From: Myxococcota bacterium
Lineage (GTDB): Bacteria > Myxococcota_A > UBA9160 > UBA6930
DNA: 64,000 nucleotides
Direction of reading: 5' to 3'
Assembly (NCBI GenBank): GCA_965223415.1
Contig: OZ245002.1
Location: 320,001 to 384,000, forward strand
Shown piece by piece: positions 36,167 to 43,585 of this stretch (its first letter is position 1; the number at the start of each line of letters is the position of its first letter). The notes beneath the pieces are model-generated. The model did not search any database. It was not told where the DNA came from and saw only the letters and a program-made list of their open reading frames with translations. The position numbers were made by a program, and so were the translations under genes.

Positions 36167-37501
36167 GTGAGCAGCTTCGAGGCAGCTTGGCTCCCGCCGG
36201 TGGCGCTCTACGGCGTCCCCCTCCTGTTGGGGTTGTCCCTCTATTTCCGCGGGCGCAGACGGAAGGAGCGCCGGGCCCTCCATGACCTGCGCCGGAGCCG
36301 AGACATCGGTCTCGACGAGCCGGTGTCCATGCATCCGGTCATCAACGGCAACCGCTGTATGGGTTGCGGCGTCTGCGTGGACGCCTGCCCCCACGGCGAC
36401 GTCCTCGGGGTGATCGGCGGTCAGGCGGAGCTCGTCAACCCGACGGAGTGCATCGGTCACGGCGCTTGCACGGCGTCGTGCCCCACGGACGCGATCCGTC
36501 TCGTCGTCGGGAGCGAGCGGCGCGGCGTCAACGTCCCCGTGCTCGGCCCGGACTTCCAGACCAACGTGCCGGGCGTCTTCGTCGCCGGCGAGCTCGGCGG
36601 GATGGGCCTGATCCGCAACGCGATCGAGCAGGGACGCCAGGCGGTGGAGTCGATCGCGAAGCTGCCGGGGGTGGGCAGCGACGATGACCTGCTCGACACG
36701 GTGATCGTCGGCGCCGGCCCGGCGGGCTTCGGCGCTTCGCTCACAGCGCTCCAGACGGGCCTGCGCTTCGTCACCCTCGAGCAGGAGAAGCTCGGCGGCT
36801 CCCTCGTCCACCATCCGCGGGGCAAGATCATCGTGACCCACCCGGTCGAGGTGCCGCTGGTCGGCGCCGTGGACATGCGCGAGACCCACAAGGAGGAGCT
36901 CCTCTCCTTCTGGGAGCGCGTGCGACGGGAGAAGGGCCTTCGCGTCCGCGAGAACGAGCGGGTCGAGGCGGTCGCCCGGCGCTCGGACGGGACCTTCGAG
37001 GTGCAGACGACGCGCGCGACCTACGAGACCCGCAGCGTGCTCCTCGCCGTGGGCCGGCGCGGCACGCCCCGCAAGCTCGAAGTGCCGGGCGAGGAGACGA
37101 GCAAGGTCGTGTACTCGCTCTCGGACCCGCGCCAGTACAGCGGGAAGAAGGTGATCGTGGTCGGCGGTGGCGACAGCGCGCTCGAGGCGGCGGCTTCCCT
37201 CGCGAAGGAGAAGGGCACGCAGGTGATCCTGGTCCATCGCGGCGAAGGCTTCCCGCGGAGCTGCGCCCGCAGCCGCGAGCTGGTGGAGGAGGCGGCCTGC
37301 GCTCATGGCCTCGAGGTCTGGCTGCACAGCCAGGTCCGCGAGATCCGGCCCGACGCGGTGGTCGTCTCGACCGGGGACGGAACCCGGGAGGTCCCGAACG
37401 ACGCGGTGTTGGTGTGCGCCGGCGGCATCCTGCCGAACGACTTCCTGCTCAAGATCGGCGTCGAGATCGAGACCAAATTCGGGACCCCGGTGAACGCATG
37501 A
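36167..37501 (+). CDS. Membrane-anchored 2x[4Fe-4S] ferredoxin / FAD-NAD(P)H oxidoreductase (TrxB/FNR-like)
   Basis: GTG 36167 with GGAG RBS; TM followed by RGRRRKERR; CMGCGVCVDACP and CIGHGACTASCP; VGAGPAG; VVGGGDSA. Confidence 0.88.
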   Translation: MSSFEAAWLPPVALYGVPLLLGLSLYFRGRRRKERRALHDLRRSRDIGLDEPVSMHPVINGNRCMGCGVCVDACPHGDVLGVIGGQAELVNPTECIGHGACTASCPTDAIRLVVGSERRGVNVPVLGPDFQTNVPGVFVAGELGGMGLIRNAIEQGRQAVESIAKLPGVGSDDDLLDTVIVGAGPAGFGASLTALQTGLRFVTLEQEKLGGSLVHHPRGKIIVTHPVEVPLVGAVDMRETHKEELLSFWERVRREKGLRVRENERVEAVARRSDGTFEVQTTRATYETRSVLLAVGRRGTPRKLEVPGEETSKVVYSLSDPRQYSGKKVIVVGGGDSALEAAASLAKEKGTQVILVHRGEGFPRSCARSRELVEEAACAHGLEVWLHSQVREIRPDAVVVSTGDGTREVPNDAVLVCAGGILPNDFLLKIGVEIETKFGTPVNA

Positions 37502-39477
37502 AGCGGATCGGTTGGACGCTCGCCCTGTGGCTGGCGGGCGCGGCCCTGCTGCCCGCGCCGAGCCTGGCCGCCTCGATCGAAGACGTGCAGATGGCGATCC
37601 GCACCCGGGACTTCGCCCTCGCGGCCCGCCTGTGCGACGAACTGGCCCGAGCCGGCGTGCCCGAAGCCCAGTACCAGATGGGCGTGCTGCTTCGCTCGGG
37701 GCGCGGAGTGGAGAAGGACCTGGCCAAGGCGCGCCATTGGCTCGGGCGTGCCGCCCTGGCTGGCCACGCCCCCGCCCAGTACCAGCTCGCCCAGCTCTAT
37801 CGCAACGGCTGGGGCGGGCCGGCGGATCCCGATCGCGCCCGGGCCTGGCTCTCGGCGGCGGCAGCCCTCGGTCACGAGCCGGCCGCGCGGGCCCTGGAGG
37901 CGGCGGAGGCCGCCGGCGGCGTGACGAGCGCGCGGGATGCGGGCCCCGAGGAGGACGCCAACGAGCGTCTGGAGCGGGCCCTGCGGAGCCGGGACGTGAC
38001 CGCGGCCCGCGCCGCCCTCGGCGCCGGCGCCGACCCGAACGGGGCCGATGCGACCGGTGCGCCGCTCCTCCACCTGGCGGTCGGCCTGGACGCGCCGGCG
38101 GTGGCGGAGCTGTTGCTGGCGGCCGGAGCGCGGGTCGACGCGGTCGGGCGGGACGACGAGACCGCCCTGCACCTCGCTGTACGCACGGGAGGCGACGCGG
38201 TGCTTCCCCTCCTGCTCGCCGCGGGCGCCCCTCCGGACGCGAAGGACGCCCTGGGCGCGACGCCCCTGCACCTGGCGGCCCGGCGCGGGAGCCGCTCGGC
38301 GACGACGCAGCTGCTAGGCGCAGGCGCCTCGGCGGACGCGCGAGACGAAGCCGGCCGGAGCCCCCTCGACCTCGCCCGGGCGGCGGACCACGGAGCCGCG
38401 GCCGCGACGCTGCTTGCGGCCGGCGCCTCGGAGAGGACGCGACCGGCACCGGCACGCCGATCGGCGCGCTGGATCGCCGAGCAGCCGGCTCCCGAGGCGG
38501 GCTGGACGCCGCTGATGGCGGCGGCCTGGCGCGGCGAGGACGCGTTGGTGGAATCCCTGGTGCGTGCGGGAGCAGCCGTCAACGAGCGGGGCCCGGACGC
38601 GCACACCGCGCTCACCCGGGCCGCATGGGCCGGGGCCGAGGCGACGGTCGCACGGCTCCTCGCCGCCGGAGCCGACCCGAAGGCGCGCACCGAGGCCGCG
38701 GACCGCGGCGCCCTCTCCTGGGCGGCCGCCGAGGGCCACGACGGCGTGGTGGCGCGATTGCTCGTCGCGGGCCTGCCGCCGGACGAGACCGACCAGGCCG
38801 GGCGGACGCCCCTCGCCTGGGCCGCCCACGGCGGCCACGGAGAGGTGGTCCGCCGCTTGCTCGCGGCCGGGGCCGACCCCAGCCACGCGGACGCCGAAGG
38901 CCTGACACCGCTCGCCCTCGCCCTTCAGGCGGAGAGCGGACCTGCCAGTGCAGCCCTCCTCGAAGCCGGCGTGCGCCCGGACGCCGAGGCACTGTGCCGC
39001 GCGGCCTCGCGAAGCGACGGGGGCGCCTTCGGCGTGCTGCTGCGCCACGGCGGCGATCCGAACCTGACCTGCCCCGACGGCCTCTCCGTCCTGGCCGTGG
39101 CGGCGACCGGCGGCGATCCGGCCCGGGTCGAGGCACTCCTCGACGATGGCGCCGACCTCACCGCCGCCACCCGGAACGGCGACACGGCGTTGATCCTGGC
39201 CGCCGGCCGTGGGCAGCGTGAGATCGTCCGCCTGCTCGCGGAGCGCGGCGCCGACCTCGACCACCGGGGCCACCGCCGCCACACCGCACTGATGCGGGCC
39301 GCGGAAGCCGGACACGTCGAGGTCGTCCGCGACCTCCTCGAAGCCGGCGCCGGCCTGCGCACCCGCAATGCCAACGGGGACACCGCCTTGGCCCTCGCCC
39401 GCCGCGGCGGCCACGACGCCGTCGCGACCCTCCTCGCCCAGCCCCCCGCCGACGCAAGCTGGCTCGACCGCCTCTAG
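37498..39477 (+). CDS. Exported Sel1-like repeat + ankyrin repeat protein
   Basis: ATGA overlap with the upstream stop; signal peptide; Sel1 repeats (AQYQMG.L...G.GVEKD); many G.TPL/TAL..AA..G ankyrin units. Confidence 0.9.
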   Translation: MKRIGWTLALWLAGAALLPAPSLAASIEDVQMAIRTRDFALAARLCDELARAGVPEAQYQMGVLLRSGRGVEKDLAKARHWLGRAALAGHAPAQYQLAQLYRNGWGGPADPDRARAWLSAAAALGHEPAARALEAAEAAGGVTSARDAGPEEDANERLERALRSRDVTAARAALGAGADPNGADATGAPLLHLAVGLDAPAVAELLLAAGARVDAVGRDDETALHLAVRTGGDAVLPLLLAAGAPPDAKDALGATPLHLAARRGSRSATTQLLGAGASADARDEAGRSPLDLARAADHGAAAATLLAAGASERTRPAPARRSARWIAEQPAPEAGWTPLMAAAWRGEDALVESLVRAGAAVNERGPDAHTALTRAAWAGAEATVARLLAAGADPKARTEAADRGALSWAAAEGHDGVVARLLVAGLPPDETDQAGRTPLAWAAHGGHGEVVRRLLAAGADPSHADAEGLTPLALALQAESGPASAALLEAGVRPDAEALCRAASRSDGGAFGVLLRHGGDPNLTCPDGLSVLAVAATGGDPARVEALLDDGADLTAATRNGDTALILAAGRGQREIVRLLAERGADLDHRGHRRHTALMRAAEAGHVEVVRDLLEAGAGLRTRNANGDTALALARRGGHDAVATLLAQPPADASWLDRL

Positions 39478-39488
39478 TCGAGAAACGG

Positions 39489-41045
39489 TCAGCGGTCGAG
39501 GTGGACCTGGGTCCAGTCCTCTTCGTTGTGGCAGCGGGCGCAGTCGCGGCCGAAAGCGCCGCGGTGGATGTCGTCGGCGAAGTGGCAGCTGACGCAGTCG
39601 TGGGCCAGCTCGATGGTCTCGGGGGCCGGGGCGACGTGACAGGTCGTGCAGTCGACGCCGTCGTGGGCGCCGTGGAGGGCGAAGTCGGTCGCGTCGTGGT
39701 CGAAGCGCCAGACGGGCCAGCCGTTCGGGTTGTGGCACAGGGCGCAGGCCTCGGTGAGACGCTGCTCGTGGGTGTCGTCGGGGCGGTGGCAGGCGACGCA
39801 GTCGGTCTCGGCGTCGGCGTAGGCGTGGGTCGCGTGGCAGGCCTCGCAAGCGGCGGTGGCGTGGAGGCCCAGCAGCGGGAAGGCCGTGAGATCGTGGTCG
39901 AAGCCCACGGTCTGCGTCCAGGAGCGCTCGTCGTGGCAGGCAGCGCAGTCCTCCCCCTGCTGGCCCCGGTGCACGTCGTCGCTGGCGTGACAGGACTGGC
40001 AGTCCCGCCCCACCTCCTCGTCCAGCGCACCGGGATGACAGCTCTCGCAGCGCACGTCCGCGTGCTTGCCGAGGAGAGGCCAGTCCGTGTCGCGATCGTG
40101 GTCGAAGCCGATCTTCGCCCAACTCCCCGTGTCGTGACACGCCTGGCAATCCTCCCCGTTGCGCCCGACGTGGACATCGTCGGCGCGATGGCAGGAGACA
40201 CAGTCCTTCGGTGCCGGGTCATCGTAGAGGTGCCCCTCGTGGCAGGCGCCGCAGGCCACGCCGGCGTGCTTGCCCGTGAGCCGGTACTCCGTGTCCCGGT
40301 CGTGGTCGAAGAGGATCGTCTTCCAGTCGAGGGCGTCGTGGCAGTCGCCGCAGCGCGGCCCGAAGCTCGCCGTGTGCACGTCGTCGCTGACGTGACAGGA
40401 GGCGCAGTCGGTGGGCGTGTCCTCGTAGCGCTCGTCCGCGTGACAGAGGCGGCAGGCGGTGTCGGCGTGGGCGCCCTCCAGCGGGAAGTCGGTCGTGTCG
40501 TGGTCGAACTCGGCCTTCTTCCAGCGGACGTCGTCGTGACAGTCGCCGCAATCCTCACCGAGCCCGCCGCGGTGGACGTCGTCGTCCCGGTGACAATCGA
40601 TGCACTGGCTGCTCGCCTCCCGATGCTTCTCGCCTTCGGCGTGACAATCGCCGCAGGGCACGGACACGTGGGCACCATGAAGGGGGTAGTCGGTGAGCTC
40701 GTGGTCGAAGACCGCCGGGTTCAAGCCCACCACGTCGGCATCGCGGCCCTCGTGATCGGTGTGGCAGTCGCGGCATGGGGTCGCCGCCAGCCCCGGGGCG
40801 AGGCCGTGGAAGCCCTCGCCCGCCGTCAGGTCCTCGCCCACCTCCTCGTGACACTCGAGGCACAGCGCGTCCTCGGCGGAGCGGTCGAAGGGCCGGTGGC
40901 AGCTCGTGCACTCCTCCTCCACGTCCGCGTGGCCCTCGATCACCGGACCCGGCATGAGCAGGGTCTCCGGATCGACGGCGTGCAGGGTCGCCGGTCGACC
41001 GAAGAGCATCACCAGACCCGAGAGGACGAGAAGCGCGTGGCGCAT
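39489..41045 (-). CDS. 21-heme periplasmic c-type cytochrome
   Basis: Start ATG 41045 (TGATG overlap); signal peptide; 21 CxxCH counted, as 3 plus six three-heme repeats (FDH..T.FPL.G.H...CxxCH...CxxCH..DD.H...CxxCH). Confidence 0.95.
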   Translation of the reverse strand: MRHALLVLSGLVMLFGRPATLHAVDPETLLMPGPVIEGHADVEEECTSCHRPFDRSAEDALCLECHEEVGEDLTAGEGFHGLAPGLAATPCRDCHTDHEGRDADVVGLNPAVFDHELTDYPLHGAHVSVPCGDCHAEGEKHREASSQCIDCHRDDDVHRGGLGEDCGDCHDDVRWKKAEFDHDTTDFPLEGAHADTACRLCHADERYEDTPTDCASCHVSDDVHTASFGPRCGDCHDALDWKTILFDHDRDTEYRLTGKHAGVACGACHEGHLYDDPAPKDCVSCHRADDVHVGRNGEDCQACHDTGSWAKIGFDHDRDTDWPLLGKHADVRCESCHPGALDEEVGRDCQSCHASDDVHRGQQGEDCAACHDERSWTQTVGFDHDLTAFPLLGLHATAACEACHATHAYADAETDCVACHRPDDTHEQRLTEACALCHNPNGWPVWRFDHDATDFALHGAHDGVDCTTCHVAPAPETIELAHDCVSCHFADDIHRGAFGRDCARCHNEEDWTQVHLDR

Positions 41046-41938
41046 CAGAAGAGGTGCACCGCCACCACGTGGACCGTGGCCGCGGCGAACAGCAGGACCG
41101 CCAGGGGTAGATGGATCGCGTGCCACAGGGCGAAGAGCCGCTCCCAGGCGCTGAACTGGGCGACGCGAACCGCCGCGTTCAGGTATTCGAGGAGGGCGCT
41201 CTCGAGGAAGGCCATGTCGGCGCGTCCGCTCGCCCGCAGCCCGCGCACACAGCGTCGATGCAGGGCGCGACTGCGGGGGCCTACCGTGAAGAAGCGCAGG
41301 AGGGACCCGATCAGCCCCGGCGCCCGATCGAGGGCCCAGCGCTCGTGGGTTTCCAGGACCGGAACGAGCTCCGGCAGCAGGTCGGCGACGCGCTCGACCG
41401 CGCCGAAGCCCTCTTCGCGATCCGTCTCGAGCTCCGCCAGCGCGCGCCGCTCGCCGAACAGTCCGCGGTGGATGCGTGCGTAGAGGAAGCGGCCCACGTA
41501 GCCGCTCGCCGCCACCAGCAGCATGGAGAGCAGCGCGACGCTGCTGTTGAACGAGCCGAGCTGGAAGTTCGAGTGGAACAGGATCGCCGTGGGCCCGACG
41601 ATCCCGAGCACCATGTGGGTGCGGAACCAGGAGGCCAGGCCCCGGGCGCCGCCAGCGGCCCGCCGCCGCTTGCGCACCGAGTAGCCGAGTAGCGCCACCA
41701 GGCAGGTCAGGCCGACGATGCCCAGCGCGTAGCCCGCTCCCCGCTCCGGCGTCAGGTACATCTCATCGCGAACCGACCAGCCCAGGGCGAGGAGTCCGCC
41801 GCAGACCAGCGAGACCAGCCCGATCGTGAGCTCGCGGCGCGGCGCGGCGTGCAGGCGCTCTCGCGCTGCGCGGATCGCGGCATCCTGGTTCGCCCGGGCA
41901 TCCGCCTCGCGCGTCGCGTCGTCGGGAGCGGCCGTCAT
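41045..41938 (-). CDS. Inner-membrane cytochrome b / ferric-reductase-like protein
   Basis: About 5 hydrophobic segments; two His-X13-His pairs (HMVLGIVGPTAILFH and HLPLAVLLFAAATVH). Confidence 0.75.
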   Translation of the reverse strand: MTAAPDDATREADARANQDAAIRAARERLHAAPRRELTIGLVSLVCGGLLALGWSVRDEMYLTPERGAGYALGIVGLTCLVALLGYSVRKRRRAAGGARGLASWFRTHMVLGIVGPTAILFHSNFQLGSFNSSVALLSMLLVAASGYVGRFLYARIHRGLFGERRALAELETDREEGFGAVERVADLLPELVPVLETHERWALDRAPGLIGSLLRFFTVGPRSRALHRRCVRGLRASGRADMAFLESALLEYLNAAVRVAQFSAWERLFALWHAIHLPLAVLLFAAATVHVVAVHLF

Positions 41939-42035
41939 CGGAGTCTCTCGTCGGCAGCGGCGTCACACGCCGTCACCCCTGCATCGGCGATCCCGGGTCG
42001 CGGGTTGACCCGCGGGTCGCCCGGAGGCGGAAGAG

Positions 42036-42404
42036 CTACACGCCGTCCTCCCGCGGGTCGTACTCGACCCGCAGGACCTCGAGCTCTCCCGTGCGCCCGT
42101 CCGTCACGAAGAGGATGCGACCCTGGCCGACGTACCTCCACTCGGTGCGACGCTCGTCACTACCGAGGTAGAAAGGAACGAAGGCCCAGAAGGTCGGATA
42201 GCGGCGATGGGAGGTGGGCCGGCCGAGGGCCGTCCGCACCTCGGCCGTGCCCATGCCCTGCTCCACCAACGCGAAGGGATGGCCGTGAGGGGGCGCGGTA
42301 TAGGCCGGCTCCCGCTGACGCAGCTCGTCGGCGGCGCGCGGCGTGGGATGGGGTGCACAGCCGACGGCCAGGCTCGCGAGGATCAGCAGGGCCCACGCCT
42401 TCAC
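42036..42404 (-). CDS. Small lipoprotein (SmpA/BamE-like fold possible)
   Basis: Lipobox AVGC; GMGTAEVRTALGRP...EWRY pattern. Confidence 0.65.
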   Translation of the reverse strand: MKAWALLILASLAVGCAPHPTPRAADELRQREPAYTAPPHGHPFALVEQGMGTAEVRTALGRPTSHRRYPTFWAFVPFYLGSDERRTEWRYVGQGRILFVTDGRTGELEVLRVEYDPREDGV

Positions 42405-42730
42405 TGGGTGCGCCGCTCCAGGATCTCGTAGAAGCCACCCTCGAGGGCGCCGAACAGCTCCGGCACCTGGGGGTGGCCGATCGGCTCACCGCTGGGATCG
42501 GGCTCCAGGTTCTGCTCGGAGACGTAGGCCACGTAGGTGGCCTGATCGTTCTCGGCGAGCAGGTGGTAGTAGGGCTGGTCCTTGCGCGGGCGCACCTTCT
42601 CGGGGATCGAGAGCCACCACTCCTCGGTGTGATCGAAGACGGGATCGATGTCGAACACGACACCGCGGAACGAGTAGATGCGATGGCGCACCACCTGGCC
42701 GATTCCGTAGCGCGCGACCCGCTGCTCCAC
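42401..42730 (-). CDS. hspQ: Heat shock protein HspQ (YccV-like)
   Basis: Start moved to GTG 42730; YGIGQVVRHR...FRGVVFDIDP.F, QPYYHLL, AYVSEQNL. Confidence 0.9.
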   Translation of the reverse strand: MEQRVARYGIGQVVRHRIYSFRGVVFDIDPVFDHTEEWWLSIPEKVRPRKDQPYYHLLAENDQATYVAYVSEQNLEPDPSGEPIGHPQVPELFGALEGGFYEILERRTQ

Positions 42731-42860
42731 GTTGCGAGCGTAGCGGGAGCCCGGTCTGGGAGCCGGCAGGAAGGCCCCCGCGAGACGCAACTCCCGTCGC
42801 AACTCCCCGTGCGGGTAGGGGGATCCGGGAAACATGCCGGCGGGGCGAGAATGTGATGGA

Positions 42861-42911
42861 CGTGGGAAAAGTTCCCACGATATGATCCGATGAGTGGGAA
42901 ACATTCCCTCG
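42861..42911. promoter_or_regulatory. Two palindromic operators CGTGGGAA-N3-TTCCCACG, spaced 32 bp apart
   Basis: 42861-42879 CGTGGGAA-AAG-TTCCCACG (perfect) and 42893-42911 AGTGGGAA-ACA-TTCCCTCG, just upstream of 42940. Confidence 0.7.
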
Positions 42912-42939
42912 TTTCTTCCATCGCTCACAGGAGATCCCC

Positions 42940-43443
42940 ATGACCTTCCGACCCATCCGGCTCGCCCTCCGAGGCGTGCTCGCCGCCGGGGCCCTGGCCC
43001 TGGCTCCGGCCGCCTGGGCCCAGACCGCGCTGACGACCGCCGAGGCCCCCCCGGTGGAGATCGACCGGGGCGCCCTCGACTTCCACCAGGTGGCCCCGAA
43101 ACCCACCGACCCCCCCCTCGTCTACGAGACGGCCCTCGTACTCACGAACACCGGCAACGTCGGCCACCGCGTGATCTGCAAGGCCTTCGACGACGACGGC
43201 CAGGCCGTCGGCCGCGCCGCGACCTTCGTGCCCGCCCTGGGCCTGCGCTACCTGCTCGCCTCGGACTTCACGGGTGGTGCGCCCCTGCTCGGCCAGGTGC
43301 AGTGCGCCACCCGGACCTCCATCACCGGCTCCGCCTTCCTGCTGGGCGGCGGCGCGGGCATCACCGAGGTTCCGGTGTCCCAGACCCGCTCGCGGCGCAA
43401 GCACGCGACCCGCATCCAGTTCCCCGTGGTGTTCACCCAGTAG
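42940..43443 (+). CDS. Secreted hypothetical protein (paralog of 8382..8864)
   Basis: AGGAG RBS; signal peptide ending AWA-Q; shares motifs with the 8382 protein. Confidence 0.8.
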   Translation: MTFRPIRLALRGVLAAGALALAPAAWAQTALTTAEAPPVEIDRGALDFHQVAPKPTDPPLVYETALVLTNTGNVGHRVICKAFDDDGQAVGRAATFVPALGLRYLLASDFTGGAPLLGQVQCATRTSITGSAFLLGGGAGITEVPVSQTRSRRKHATRIQFPVVFTQ

Positions 43444-43505
43444 TCGCCAGGGTTCGGGGCCCGGGAGCCACCACGCGACCCTCCCCTCCTCCCGGGTCCC
43501 GCTCT

Positions 43506-43542
43506 CGCGAGCCGCCGGCGTCGAGCACGCCGGCGGCTCGCG
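43506..43542. terminator. Bidirectional terminator-like hairpin
   Basis: CGCGAGCCGCCGGCGT-cgagc-ACGCCGGCGGCTCGCG, a perfect 16-bp stem between convergent genes. Confidence 0.6.
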
Positions 43543-43585
43543 GCCTACTCCGAGCAGTCCCTTCGGTCATCGACCCGGGCCCCGC

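Noticed and set aside
41981..42008. Sigma-28-like promoter TCAA-N16-GCCGATGC upstream of the membrane cytochrome b gene, with similar GCCGA elements before 4397 and 11501
   Set aside because: The spacing is one base off the TAAA-N15-GCCGATAA consensus, and GCCGA is very common at this GC content.
42824..42842. Possible fourth operator copy TCCGGGAA-ACA-TGCCGGCG
   Set aside because: It has too many mismatches to CGTGGGAA-N3-TTCCCACG to count.
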